Of a stretch of 64,000 nt of DNA, positions 18,704 to 29,170 are shown in pieces. The notes under the pieces are model-generated. The model worked only from the letters and a program-made list of their open reading frames with translations, was not told where the DNA came from and ran no database searches. The DNA comes from Gammaproteobacteria bacterium. GTDB lineage: Bacteria > Pseudomonadota > Gammaproteobacteria > JAADGQ01. Each line of letters starts with the position of its first letter. Position 1 is the stretch's first letter. The position numbers and the translations under genes were made by a program. The stretch lies in NCBI GenBank assembly GCA_021648145.1, contig JAKITI010000007.1:1018-65017 (forward strand). The letters are read 5' to 3'.

Positions 18704-19723
18704 ATGAAAAATGTATTAAGCCGACGAATTTCCAGTGGTGTCACTATTGCAGCACTTGCTGTGTTTAGTGCCAGCAGTATGGCCATGTCATCCAAACCAG
18801 AAATACCCGCAGGTTTAGGGGCGTTGCCAACTGAAATTCCTGATAATCCTGCAAATCCACAAACAGCTGCTAAAATTGAGTTGGGTAAAAAACTTTATTT
18901 TGAACCCGCGCTTTCTGCCAGTGGGCAGTTTTCATGTAACTCTTGTCACAATTTGGCAACTTATGGCGTTGATAATCAAAAGTTTTCAGTCGGCCATAAA
19001 TGGCAACGTGGGGGTCGAAACTCACCCACTACATTCAATTCAGCTTTCTGGAGCAAGCAATTTTGGGATGGTCGCTCAGAAACGTTGGAAGAGCAGGCAA
19101 AAGGCCCACCATTGAACCCTGTAGAAATGGCCAGTATTGATGAAAAAGAGGTCGTCGAACGCTTGAAAGAAGCGGGCTATACCGCAGAATTTAAAGTGGC
19201 GTTTAATAATGATGCGAATGCACTTACATACGATAACATGGCAAATGCGATTGCTGTATTTGAGCGCACACTCAATACCCCTAATGCACCATTTGATCAA
19301 TATGTACGTGGTGAAGGTAAAATTTCTGAAGCGGCAAAACGTGGTATGAATACCTTGGTTGAAGCGGGTTGTACTGCTTGTCACAGTGGCCCATTGTTTA
19401 CAAATAATCAGTTCATGAAATTTTCATACGGTACGGATGCAGGTGTAAAAGAGGTGACAGGTAAAGATGCTGACGATAAACTTTTTCGCGTTCAGTCTTT
19501 ACGTAATATAGCCATGACTGCACCCTATTTTCACGACGGTTCAGCGGCAACATTGCATGATGCGGTGCGTACTATGGCGAAAGTACAGCTTGCAAAAGAG
19601 CTTTCTGATAATGAAGTGAATGATGTTGTTGCTTTTCTGGAAACTTTGACAGGTGAAACACCTCAGGTGACTTACCCTGTCCTACCACGTCCAAATGGTA
19701 AAACATTGACCTGGCGCGATTAA
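18704..19723 (+). CDS. ccp: di-heme cytochrome c peroxidase
   Basis: Signal peptide, two CxxCH motifs (CNSCH, CTACH), RNSPT, QFWDGR, LRNIAMTAPYFHDG. Confidence 0.95.
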   Translation: MKNVLSRRISSGVTIAALAVFSASSMAMSSKPEIPAGLGALPTEIPDNPANPQTAAKIELGKKLYFEPALSASGQFSCNSCHNLATYGVDNQKFSVGHKWQRGGRNSPTTFNSAFWSKQFWDGRSETLEEQAKGPPLNPVEMASIDEKEVVERLKEAGYTAEFKVAFNNDANALTYDNMANAIAVFERTLNTPNAPFDQYVRGEGKISEAAKRGMNTLVEAGCTACHSGPLFTNNQFMKFSYGTDAGVKEVTGKDADDKLFRVQSLRNIAMTAPYFHDGSAATLHDAVRTMAKVQLAKELSDNEVNDVVAFLETLTGETPQVTYPVLPRPNGKTLTWRD

Positions 19724-19744
19724 ACCAATCACAGTTTTTTTCTT

Positions 19745-19789
19745 GGGCTCACATAGACCTCTTTTTAGTTGGTTTATGTGGGCTTTTTT
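19745..19789 (+). terminator. Rho-independent terminator
   Basis: gggctcacatagacc / ggtttatgtgggct stem followed by a T tract. Confidence 0.75.
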
Positions 19790-19856
19790 GTGCTCGAAAA
19801 TAACACCATGATAGGTATATACTGGAGTTCTCTTAGGCTTTTTGAGGGTTGATACC

Positions 19857-20300
19857 ATGTCTGCTTATCGTCATATTTTGCTTGCAATTGATTTTACTCC
19901 TGCTGCATACCAAGTTGTTCAGCGGGTTAGGATTTTACTTGGAGAAGAGACAAAATTAACTGTGTTAAATGTTGTGGAGTATGCTTTACCGCTCGGTTTT
20001 GGGGATGATTTTACTCCAATGCCGAATTTATTGATCGAAGAGAGTATGCTTTTAGAAAAAGCAAAAGAGTCTCTATCACGCTTTGTTGATAAAGCTGGGT
20101 TGGCTTATGCAGAACAAATGATCAAAGTGGGTGGAACACAGAATGAAATTATTCAGGTTGCTGAACAAAAAAATGTTGACTTGATTATTTTGGGTTCTCA
20201 CGGTCGTCATGGCATCAGTTTGTTGTTAGGTTCGACTGCAAATGGTGTATTGCACCATGCATCTTGTGATGTTTTGGCGGTACGCATTAAAGAAAAATAG
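19857..20300 (+). CDS. universal stress protein (UspA family)
   Basis: YRHILLAIDF, DLIILGSHGRHG, LLGSTANGVLHHASCDVL. Confidence 0.95.
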   Translation: MSAYRHILLAIDFTPAAYQVVQRVRILLGEETKLTVLNVVEYALPLGFGDDFTPMPNLLIEESMLLEKAKESLSRFVDKAGLAYAEQMIKVGGTQNEIIQVAEQKNVDLIILGSHGRHGISLLLGSTANGVLHHASCDVLAVRIKEK

Positions 20301-20311
20301 TTTGTATTCTA

Positions 20312-22156
20312 TTACAACTCGCTGAGTGCATGCCAAAGTGCATCTTCCAGCCCTGATGTTCGCTCTGTTGTGCGTTTAATTGCTATTTTTAATAAGTTTT
20401 CTGAGCTATATAGCGTTGCTATTTTTTTAGCGCGTGTAATGGCAGTGTAGATTAATTCTCGTGTTAATAGTGGTGTGTCCACTTCAGGGAGCACAATAGA
20501 TACTTTATTAAACTCTGAACCTTGGCTTTTATGGATAGTCATGGCATAAACAGTTTCATGAGGAGGTAAGCGTGAGGGGAGAATTTTGCGTATGGTGCCG
20601 TCTGGCTGAGAAAAAAATACTTTTAATTGATGATCAGAATATGAGTCAATTTGTGTGATGCCTATATCACCATTATAAAGTTTCAGGTTGTAGTCATTAC
20701 GCGTGATCATCACGGGTCGGCCTGCGTATGAAGGTGTATTAGCTGCTGGGATTAGTCCGGCTTTTTTTAATGCCACTTCCACTTGTGTATTCATTGCTTT
20801 GGTGCCGGATGATCCTTCACGTTGTGCACATAAAATACGAAACCGATTAAACTGTTTCAAGGCTTCTGAAGCAGTTTCTGCTTGAATGTAAACTGAATAA
20901 GCTTCTGCGGCTGACTTTGCAAGGGCAGAAAGCTGGCTCACTGAGCTTTCATGAAGGTGAATATCATTATACTTTTCTAAATTAAGAATCTTGAGTGCCG
21001 TCTCTGTATGGCCTTGGTTGATTGCTTGAGCCAACTGGCCAATTCCACTCGTATCGTTAAATCTGTAGCTTTTTCGCAGGAGTGCAATATGGTCACCAAA
21101 ACTGGATTCTGGATGAGTACTGGGTATTTTATGCGCAGTCAATTGAGATAGAGTGTGGCAAAGCGATTCAGAATAACCTTTGTGCGGTTCACTACCGCAG
21201 ATATCACCCAAAACACTGCCGGCTTCTACTGAAGAGAGTTGATCTTTATCACCTAATAAAATAAGGCGGGCATCAACGGGCAGTGCCGCGACTAATCGAG
21301 CCATGAGCGGCAGGTCAATCATTGAGGCTTCATCGACAACCAGCACATCCAAGTGTAATTGGTTATTTTTATGATAACGAAATTCCGTTTGATTCGGAAT
21401 AACACCTAATAAACGATGAATTGTGGATGCTTCTTCTGGAATGATTTTTTTGATGGAATCACAATATTTAATATTTTCTTTGGCTTGCTTTATTGATTCA
21501 TTTAAACGTGCAGCGGCTTTTCCTGTGGGAGCAGCAAGTGCAATACGACAGGCGGGTTGTTGTTGTGCTAATAGCAGCAGTATTTTTGTGATGGTTGTTG
21601 TTTTTCCAGTCCCTGGTCCACCTGATATGACTGTAAAGCGTTTCAATACGGCAGTGGCCGCTGCTATTTTTTGCCAATCAGGCTTGTTATTTGACGTGAC
21701 AGGAAAAAGTTGTTCCAGGTTCTTTTTCAGTTGATCAATATTGAGATCGGAGACAGGTTTGTGAGTACGGTTTAGCAGGTTTTCAGCCAGTGATGATTGA
21801 AAAAAGTAATAACGACTGAGGTAGAGCCGGTTGTTGTGATCAAGTATAAGAGGGGAGTGCTCTCTAGGGGAGCCTGTAACACCGCTGGCATTTAAAGTGG
21901 ATATTAAGGTATCAATATCAGGTGCTTTTATTGTTTTAATATCATCATGTTTTTGTGTGTTAAATAATACCTGATCGGCGATATTATTGAGTTCAATGCA
22001 TATATGGCCTTCCCCAGATTTTTGACTGAGTAAGCTGGTTAGGAGCGCCAGAGTGTTTGATGGGTTTGTTGCTTGTTCATTAATAAAGTGAGCAAAATGC
22101 AAATCAAGCTGACGAATTAAACCGAGTCGAGCTAACTGCCTGAGCTGTTTTAGCAT
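20312..22156 (-). CDS. recD: exodeoxyribonuclease V alpha subunit
   Basis: SGGPGTGKTT, APTGKAAARL, VDEASM, GDKDQL, TIHKSQGSEF. Confidence 0.97.
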   Translation of the reverse strand: MLKQLRQLARLGLIRQLDLHFAHFINEQATNPSNTLALLTSLLSQKSGEGHICIELNNIADQVLFNTQKHDDIKTIKAPDIDTLISTLNASGVTGSPREHSPLILDHNNRLYLSRYYFFQSSLAENLLNRTHKPVSDLNIDQLKKNLEQLFPVTSNNKPDWQKIAAATAVLKRFTVISGGPGTGKTTTITKILLLLAQQQPACRIALAAPTGKAAARLNESIKQAKENIKYCDSIKKIIPEEASTIHRLLGVIPNQTEFRYHKNNQLHLDVLVVDEASMIDLPLMARLVAALPVDARLILLGDKDQLSSVEAGSVLGDICGSEPHKGYSESLCHTLSQLTAHKIPSTHPESSFGDHIALLRKSYRFNDTSGIGQLAQAINQGHTETALKILNLEKYNDIHLHESSVSQLSALAKSAAEAYSVYIQAETASEALKQFNRFRILCAQREGSSGTKAMNTQVEVALKKAGLIPAANTPSYAGRPVMITRNDYNLKLYNGDIGITQIDSYSDHQLKVFFSQPDGTIRKILPSRLPPHETVYAMTIHKSQGSEFNKVSIVLPEVDTPLLTRELIYTAITRAKKIATLYSSENLLKIAIKRTTERTSGLEDALWHALSEL

Positions 22157-22160
22157 GAAA

Positions 22161-25100
22161 TCAGAGTTCCTGGTTTTTATTTTCTGTAAATAGTTGATCT
22201 AATGACTGAATCAGACTCAAGGGTGGTTTGTCATGAAAAATGCCCGTTACGTTACCGTTTTCTGGTGACATTCCTCTTAAAAATAGATAATAAACACCGC
22301 CGATATGCTGTTTGTAACAATAATCAGGAAGGCGTTGTTGCAAGTAGCGATGCAAAGCAACGGTATAAATCAGGTATTGCAGGTTGTAGTGATGCTCTTC
22401 AATGGCTGAGTTGAGTTGAGTTGAGGCATAATCCTCTAACTGATTCCCTAGGTGGTTTGATTTATAATCAACAATATAATATCTGTTATTGTGCTCAAAA
22501 ATCAGGTCAATAAACCCTTTTAGCACGCCTTGCATGGCCGGGAAGTTCAAAGTTGTTCTTATGTTTGTGTGGCGCATCAAAAGCTTATTTAATTGATTCG
22601 CATTAAACTGTGCCAAAGGAAAATAAAACTCCATTTCAACTATTTTTTTTCTATTCGCAATATTTTTTAATTTGATTGCATTAAGTGAATCGTTTGTAGC
22701 ATTGAGTGGTGTATTTAATATATCCGAGACCCAGCTTTCAATAACAGGTGTCCATGAAAGATCGAAACCATACTGGGTTAACTGACGAATGACACTCTGA
22801 TTTAGTGACGACTCTGTTATATTTGTAAAGTCGAGTCGTTCCAGCAAACTATGCAGAAATATTCCAGTATGGGCTCCTTTGGGAAACTGAAATCTGGAAA
22901 AGGGGTCAGCCTCCTTAGATTCTTGATAAATTAGCGTACTCTCTGGTGACATTTGAATCAAAGGGGACTGACCTCTTTTCTCGGTGAGCGCTGAATAACT
23001 GGTAATACGCCACTGTCTGTTTATTGTGCTATTAAATAGTCTGGCTTTATTGTTTTTTTCTATGGGTTCAATAGAATGATAGAGTTTTTCTTCTGGCTCA
23101 GGCAGTCGATTGACCTGAATCGCATCGGGTGCTATTTTTGCTAATGCTAATAATTGGCTCTTGATATCTGCATCAGTCAGTTCGTTAAAGTTTTTGAGCT
23201 CGCCATGCAATAAATAACCAAGTGCAGAGTTTTCTGCGCCCTTGATTTTCCCCCACGCGATATAACATAAATATTTTGCACGAGTGAGTGCAACGTAGAG
23301 TAAGCGAACCTGCTCTGCAAGCTCTTCTTGTCTGGTCATTTCACGGTGCTTCTCTTTGTCTTTAGAGTTAATGTCGACACAGAGTTGATTGTTGATTGGT
23401 TCATGGAAAATAACAGACTGGTTTTTATTCTGAGCTCGTGCGCTCCAGATAAAAGGTAGAAATACGACTGGGTATTCAAGGCCTTTACTTTTATGAATGG
23501 TGATGATTTTAATGAGTGATTCATCACTTTCCAGCCGCAATTGCTGCTCTTCATTTTCATCGAAATGAGTACGATTAAGGTCTAACCAACGCAGCAAATT
23601 TTCCATACCTGGCTGTGCTATGGCAGCATTTTGTAACAGCTCAGCAAGATGCAGAAGATTGGTGAGTGAACGCTCACCATCACTCTTTTTTAATAGTCTG
23701 TCGGGAATACCATACTCCTGTAATAGTTGCTGAAACATGACGATAAATCCATGTTCTAGCCAGCTTTGGTGGTATTTTTGTATTTGCAATAAAATCCTTT
23801 CCCATGCATGGTCACTATGGTTCATTGCTTCAAGCTGGTGAGCACTCCAGCCCAGCAGTGGCGTGCAAAGTGCGGCACGAAGCAAGCGCTCGTTACTGGG
23901 TTCAATAATTGCAAAGAGTACTCGATAGAGTGCGTTGCACTCGGGTGTGTTGAATACATTTTCTCTGCTGAGGCAAACGCTGGCGACTCGATATTGTCGC
24001 AAGGCATTTTGCATGACCTGTGCTTCAGTATGGCTGCGTACAAGAATGGCAATGTCTTGTGCTTGAAGAGGTTGTTTACCAATGACGGCTATACTCTGGT
24101 CACCTTGTGTCAATAGTTTGGTTATCTCTGATGCACAGCTTAATGCAATCTCTTTTTTTGCAATATTGGCTGGAACAGCTTTACTATTATCACTTTCTAC
24201 TTGCCAAAATTGTACTGGCACGGGAGGAAATTTGTCGATAATAAGTGGCTCTTTATCGCTTTCCCCCGCCGCTTCGACAGCAATAAACGGGATATCTTCA
24301 CTATATATAAAGGGTGAACCGGATTGCTCAAACAGAGTATTTGTGGCGTGAACCATTTTTTGAGTTGAGCGCCAATTAGTGCCTAGTGTGTGGCAGTTAT
24401 TGGGGTTGTTAATAAACTTTTTGGCCTGGATGTAGGTGAAAATATCGGCTCCACGAAAGCTGTAAATGGCTTGCTTGGGGTCGCCAATCATTAACAAAGT
24501 GCTGTTTGGCTGTCTGTTTTCGGGCGAATTTGAGTAGAGAGTTTTGAATATTTCGTACTGCAGTGGGTCGGTATCCTGAAATTCATCAATCATGGCTGCG
24601 GGGTATTGGGCTCTTATTTTTTTAATAAGTGTTGCCCCAGCATCCGTACTTTTAATCGCATTGTTGAGTTGTAAGAGCAAGTCATCAAAAGTCAGTTGAG
24701 ATTTTTCCTGTTTACGTATAGTCCACTCGCTTTTAAAATATGTAATAGCTTTTTGTAAGAGTATTAGGTGAATTTCTGTGCGTATTGACTCAATCAACGC
24801 TATAAATTCAGCGCAGTGCTTGAAAAAAATATGCTCAGGAAGCTCAGCTCCTTTTTTGAGTGAATGCTCAATTTTAGTGATAGAAAAAAGTTCGAATTTT
24901 TCGGGTGGATTTAACAGGGTTGTGCGATTTGAAAAATATTTTGTGGTATTGGAAATGTATGTGGGTAAACTCTTATTATAAATATTACGCTTTAAGTTTG
25001 TTGAGTTTAGCAGGTAGTCGCAAATGACCTCTTGCTCAGTATGCCAGATATTTTTGAGTGGCTCGAAAAGTGAAGTGGCTTTTTTGAGGCAGTCAGTTAA

Positions 25101-25736
25101 GCCAGATAATGACGTTGTGGGTAAGAATTTTATGTTTGTATGTTTGACGTATGGAGATATTTTTTCCCATAATCCAGCCGGTGTTTTCCAGGTTGATTGG
25201 GCAAATGCAATCAATTCGGCAGGTGCATCATAAAAGGTGATACGCCAGAAATCTTCAATGATTTGTCGAGTCAGAGTGCTTTCGTTGGTGAGCAGTTCAG
25301 TATCAAATAGTGTGCCGCTTTCAAAGGCATTTTCCTGAAGCATGCGCTGACAAAAGCTGTGTATGGTGAATATTGCGGACTCATCCATGCGCTTGAGTGC
25401 ATCGTTTAACTGGACGAGTGCTTGTTGTTTGTTGTGGCAACTCTGTAGGAGTTTAGTCAGTGCAATATCAGTGCTGTGACCTTGGAGCAACAGTTCGCGA
25501 GCATCTTTAATGCGACGACGAATACGATCTCGCAACTCTTCTGTTGCAGCTTGAGTGAAAGTGACCACAAGGATTTCATCGACTTGCAATGGCTGGTTTT
25601 TCTCTTTATCGAGTAAATTGCCCAGTAAAAATCGCAAGTAGAGTGTGCTGATTGTGTAGGTTTTTCCGGTACCAGCAGAGGCTTCAATCAGGTGAAGACC
25701 ATTTAATGGAAGTGTTAATGGGTTGAGTGTTTGCAT
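22161..25736 (-). CDS. recB: exodeoxyribonuclease V beta subunit
   Basis: IEASAGTGKT, DEFQDTD, GDPKQAIY, TIHKSKGLE, C-terminal nuclease GFIDL...DYKSN; start at MQTLNP. Confidence 0.97.
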   Translation of the reverse strand: MQTLNPLTLPLNGLHLIEASAGTGKTYTISTLYLRFLLGNLLDKEKNQPLQVDEILVVTFTQAATEELRDRIRRRIKDARELLLQGHSTDIALTKLLQSCHNKQQALVQLNDALKRMDESAIFTIHSFCQRMLQENAFESGTLFDTELLTNESTLTRQIIEDFWRITFYDAPAELIAFAQSTWKTPAGLWEKISPYVKHTNIKFLPTTSLSGLTDCLKKATSLFEPLKNIWHTEQEVICDYLLNSTNLKRNIYNKSLPTYISNTTKYFSNRTTLLNPPEKFELFSITKIEHSLKKGAELPEHIFFKHCAEFIALIESIRTEIHLILLQKAITYFKSEWTIRKQEKSQLTFDDLLLQLNNAIKSTDAGATLIKKIRAQYPAAMIDEFQDTDPLQYEIFKTLYSNSPENRQPNSTLLMIGDPKQAIYSFRGADIFTYIQAKKFINNPNNCHTLGTNWRSTQKMVHATNTLFEQSGSPFIYSEDIPFIAVEAAGESDKEPLIIDKFPPVPVQFWQVESDNSKAVPANIAKKEIALSCASEITKLLTQGDQSIAVIGKQPLQAQDIAILVRSHTEAQVMQNALRQYRVASVCLSRENVFNTPECNALYRVLFAIIEPSNERLLRAALCTPLLGWSAHQLEAMNHSDHAWERILLQIQKYHQSWLEHGFIVMFQQLLQEYGIPDRLLKKSDGERSLTNLLHLAELLQNAAIAQPGMENLLRWLDLNRTHFDENEEQQLRLESDESLIKIITIHKSKGLEYPVVFLPFIWSARAQNKNQSVIFHEPINNQLCVDINSKDKEKHREMTRQEELAEQVRLLYVALTRAKYLCYIAWGKIKGAENSALGYLLHGELKNFNELTDADIKSQLLALAKIAPDAIQVNRLPEPEEKLYHSIEPIEKNNKARLFNSTINRQWRITSYSALTEKRGQSPLIQMSPESTLIYQESKEADPFSRFQFPKGAHTGIFLHSLLERLDFTNITESSLNQSVIRQLTQYGFDLSWTPVIESWVSDILNTPLNATNDSLNAIKLKNIANRKKIVEMEFYFPLAQFNANQLNKLLMRHTNIRTTLNFPAMQGVLKGFIDLIFEHNNRYYIVDYKSNHLGNQLEDYASTQLNSAIEEHHYNLQYLIYTVALHRYLQQRLPDYCYKQHIGGVYYLFLRGMSPENGNVTGIFHDKPPLSLIQSLDQLFTENKNQEL

Positions 25737-25772
25737 GATGCAAACGTGACAGGAAAGGTAAAATGAGTCAAG

Positions 25773-25920
25773 AAAAAAGGTTTGGCAAAGTAAAGCCACT
25801 CGATAACCCAGCTGTGGGAGGGTGAATTACCGGATGAACTTTTTTTCCAAACCTTTATATAAGCTCCGCTTCAGTATCAATACCATCATCTACCTAACGG
25901 TATGTTCCTTCTCCATGACT
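25773..25920 (-). ncRNA. candidate structured small RNA
   Basis: Minus strand folds into short hairpins (one with a GGA loop) and an ~80-nt G-U-containing stem with a CCCUCCC loop, followed by a U run. Confidence 0.35.
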
Positions 25921-26216
25921 TTTTATTATTTTTCCATTTAATTGGGCTAATTAGAGCATGGTTTTGGAATGGTGGGAATAAGGGTTAATACTTAATTTTA
26001 AGATGATAGTTAACTTTCAGTTATACATAAGTGTAAATTTATCACTTAAAATTTTAAAGGAAATGTACTATTATGCTCACTATAAAGGCATGTTATCTAT
26101 TTTTTAAGATAAACGAATAAATTTAAAATCCTCCTAAATATACATATTTTACGAGTAAAAACAATAGTATAGGCCATTCATATGGAGTTGTAGGAATAAC
26201 TTAGTACAGGTACTTA

Positions 26217-27389
26217 ATGTTTGAATCCAAGCCACTGCTATGCGCCTCCAAAAAAAATGTTCATCAGTCTGAAGAACTTGAAACAACTGACCTGAATGAT
26301 AAACTTATTCTTAAAAATATTCTCTATTCTGCTGACTCTGCAATTATTGCGACAGATCTAAACTATCGAATTATTTATTCTAATCCTGCGACTGAAAAAA
26401 TATTGGATTACCGTTTTGATGCTTCCAGTAAAAGTTTAATTACAGATGTTTGTTCCAGACTTGCTTTAGAGCCGGAATATCTAGAGAAAATTACAGATGA
26501 AATTCACACTGAAGGGTCGTTTCAATTTTCCATCAAACTTGATAAGGGAGATGCCCTTAAATGTATTGAGTGTAAATTTTCTGGGATATGGAATGAACAT
26601 AGAGTATTAATTGGTTTTTTGTTGATGGCGCAGGATGTAAGTGAGCGTGAGAAAGGTTTTTCTGTGATCAGAGCTCACCGTGCGGAGTTGGCTCAAGTTG
26701 CGCGCTTGAATGTAATGGCTGAAATGGCTTCCAGTCTGGCGCATGAACTGAATCAACCGCTGACTGTTATTTCCAGTTATTGTGATGCGGCACTGAATTT
26801 GATTGATAATGATAATGTGCCTTGTTCTGACCGTGTAATAAACGCACTAAGGCAAAGTCGCTCTCAGGCATTGCGAGCGGGTGAAATTATTAGAAGTATC
26901 CGTCAATTGGTACGTAAAGAAGAGGGTGAACGTCGATCGGTTAATATTAACAATTTGCTCGGTAATGTTATTGAATTAGTCGAGACTGATATTCATGATC
27001 AAAAAATAGTTTTACGGTGCTATATGGATTCTGAATTGCCTTGGGTTTCTGTCGATGGAATTCAGGTTGAACAGGTTATTTTAAACTTATTGCGTAATGC
27101 AGTGGAATCAATGGAAGCGTATGGTGAGTTGATTATTTCTACGGCGCTACATGAGGATGGAGAAAAAATTATTATTTCAATTCTAGATGATGGTGCTGGT
27201 TTTTCTGAGGAAATAAGTGACCGGCTATTTGATCCATTTTTTACAACTAAGGCGAATGGCCTGGGAATGGGATTATCGATCAGTAAAAATATTGTAGAGG
27301 CGCATGGTGGAAGTTTATGTGCTGAAAACATTCGGCCTCATGGTGCTCTTTTTTGTTTGACGTTACCGGTCGCTGTTAATGGAAAATAA
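26217..27389 (+). CDS. PAS-domain sensor histidine kinase (FixL-like, soluble)
   Basis: PAS-like N-terminus, H-box LAHELNQPL, NLLRNA, DDGAG, FFTTK, GMGLSI; no TM segment. Confidence 0.93.
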   Translation: MFESKPLLCASKKNVHQSEELETTDLNDKLILKNILYSADSAIIATDLNYRIIYSNPATEKILDYRFDASSKSLITDVCSRLALEPEYLEKITDEIHTEGSFQFSIKLDKGDALKCIECKFSGIWNEHRVLIGFLLMAQDVSEREKGFSVIRAHRAELAQVARLNVMAEMASSLAHELNQPLTVISSYCDAALNLIDNDNVPCSDRVINALRQSRSQALRAGEIIRSIRQLVRKEEGERRSVNINNLLGNVIELVETDIHDQKIVLRCYMDSELPWVSVDGIQVEQVILNLLRNAVESMEAYGELIISTALHEDGEKIIISILDDGAGFSEEISDRLFDPFFTTKANGLGMGLSISKNIVEAHGGSLCAENIRPHGALFCLTLPVAVNGK

Positions 27390-28005
27390 TCAGTCAACTG
27401 TTTTTCTGGTCGATGACGATCATGCTGTGCGCGGGGCGATTGAGCTGTTTCTTCATACAAAATACATTGCAGTAGAAACATTCTCTTCCGCACATGATTT
27501 TTTGGAGCGCTATGATAGCAATCAGGCTGGCTGTCTTGTTCTGGATGTTCGTATGGCTGGAATGAGCGGTTTGGAGTTACAAGATCTGCTTGTTGAAAAA
27601 GGAGTTAAAATTCCTATAATATTTATGAGTGGTCATGGGGATATCTCAATGGCAATGCGTGCATTTAAGGCTGGAGCTGTAGATTTTTTAGAGAAGCCAT
27701 TTGACAATGACAGGCTGTTTGGCTGTGTTAACGATGCATTTCAGCGTGACATAGAGTTTCGTGAAGAGGATTGTTTGAAGAGAGGGGTTATGTCGCGTTA
27801 TGAGCAGTTAACTCCGCGTGAGCGCGAAGTGATGGCGTTGGTGGTTAATGGTCTTAGTAATAAAGAGGCTGCACGAGTATTAGATATAAGTCATCGTACT
27901 GTTGAGATACACCGCCGTCGAGTGATGCGTAAAATGGACGCAGGATCAGTATCTGATCTTATGGGGAGTGCTATGGTGGGTGGGGTGTATAAACAGATAT
28001 CATAA
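27379..28005 (+). CDS. FixJ/LuxR-family response regulator
   Basis: LVDDD, LDVRM, SGHGD, FLEKP, LTPREREV, ISHRTVEIHR. Confidence 0.95.
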   Translation: MENNQSTVFLVDDDHAVRGAIELFLHTKYIAVETFSSAHDFLERYDSNQAGCLVLDVRMAGMSGLELQDLLVEKGVKIPIIFMSGHGDISMAMRAFKAGAVDFLEKPFDNDRLFGCVNDAFQRDIEFREEDCLKRGVMSRYEQLTPREREVMALVVNGLSNKEAARVLDISHRTVEIHRRRVMRKMDAGSVSDLMGSAMVGGVYKQIS

Positions 28006-28025
28006 TCTGTTTCTTGGGCAGTTTC

Positions 28026-28625
28026 CTAGCCAACAATATCCAGCGTTCGCTGACGAAAACCAACCCCAAGCTGTTTAGCAAGATTTTCGCAAGCATCAAT
28101 ATCTAAACCTTCAAGTCCATGAATGGCGGTGACAGTCACTTCGGGTACGTATTTGGGGGCTAGTCGTAAAAAATCGAGCACGGCATTGAATGACCCTTTG
28201 AGTGCCGGTTTGCAATGTTGATTGTAAACCGTTTCATTTTGACCGTTGAGTGAAACAGATAGCGCGTCAACTAATCCTTTAAATTCAGGTAATACATTAC
28301 GTTTATGAAATAGGTTGGCGAGTCCGTCAGTATTGATACGTACTTTTCCTCCCTCTTTTTTGATGTGTTCGGCGACAGTGAGTAGTTCTTTTAATCTGAG
28401 AGTGGGTTCGCCAAAACCGCAAAATACAATAGAATCATAGTTTTTTGGATTGCCAATACTCTCTATGATTGATTCAATTTCGGGGCGTTGTTCCAGTGTC
28501 AGATCAAAATCATGAACCTTTTTGATGCCTTGTGTTTTAGGGCAAAATTTGCACTCCAGCGTACAGCGATCAGTGATGTTTAGGTAAAGGTTGTTGTTTA
28601 TGCGATAGGCTATGGTTTGGTTCAT
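28026..28625 (-). CDS. TatD-associated radical SAM protein
   Basis: LYLNITDRCTLECKFC (CxxxCxxC), VFCGFGEP, RINTDG, SVSLN. Confidence 0.88.
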   Translation of the reverse strand: MNQTIAYRINNNLYLNITDRCTLECKFCPKTQGIKKVHDFDLTLEQRPEIESIIESIGNPKNYDSIVFCGFGEPTLRLKELLTVAEHIKKEGGKVRINTDGLANLFHKRNVLPEFKGLVDALSVSLNGQNETVYNQHCKPALKGSFNAVLDFLRLAPKYVPEVTVTAIHGLEGLDIDACENLAKQLGVGFRQRTLDIVG

Positions 28626-28650
28626 AATATTATTTGAATATCAGTACGAT

Positions 28651-28683
28651 TAAAAAACCCGCTACAAACAAGCGGGTTTTTTA
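28651..28683. terminator. Rho-independent terminator downstream of rpmBG
   Basis: taaaaaacccgct-acaaaca-agcgggtttttta, with A/T tracts on both sides; a second hairpin lies at about 28696-28731. Confidence 0.85.
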
Positions 28684-28736
28684 GAATAAAACTTTAAGGA
28701 GCCTCTGGTCGACTCAATCAGAGGTTCCTTCAGCAA

Positions 28737-28892
28737 TCATTTGATTTTTGCTTCTTTGTACATCACATGCTTACGAACAACGGGATCGAACTTTTTAATT
28801 TCGAACTTGCCAGGCATGTTACGTTTATTTTTTGTTGTCGTATAAAAGTGACCTGTTCCAGCTGAAGAAACCAGTTTGATTTTCTCACGCAT
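28737..28892 (-). CDS. rpmG: 50S ribosomal protein L33
   Basis: Not in the ORF track. Manual translation: [51 protein letters not shown]. Confidence 0.98.
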   Translation of the reverse strand: MREKIKLVSSAGTGHFYTTTKNKRNMPGKFEIKKFDPVVRKHVMYKEAKIK

Positions 28893-28901
28893 AATATTCT
28901 C

Positions 28902-29138
28902 CTAGACTTTTTCACCACGGCTGCGGATTTCAGACAGTACGGTGTCGATTCCTTTTTTATCAATAATACGCAAACCTTTAGGGGTGATGCGCAAACGAAT
29001 CCAGCGATTTTCGCTCTCAACCCAAAAACGGTGAGAGTGTAAATTGGGCAGGAACCGACGACGAGATTTGTTGTTGGCATGGGATACATTGTTCCCAGTC
29101 ATCGGGCGCTTGCCGGTGACCTGACATACTTTGGACAT
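28902..29138 (-). CDS. rpmB: 50S ribosomal protein L28
   Basis: [29 protein letters not shown]. Confidence 0.99.
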   Translation of the reverse strand: MSKVCQVTGKRPMTGNNVSHANNKSRRRFLPNLHSHRFWVESENRWIRLRITPKGLRIIDKKGIDTVLSEIRSRGEKV

Positions 29139-29170
29139 TTATACGGTCTCCAAAACAGACTTAAAAAATA

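Noticed and set aside
28763..29089. 108-aa ORF overlapping rpmB and rpmG
   Set aside because: Alternative frame across two bona fide ribosomal protein genes.
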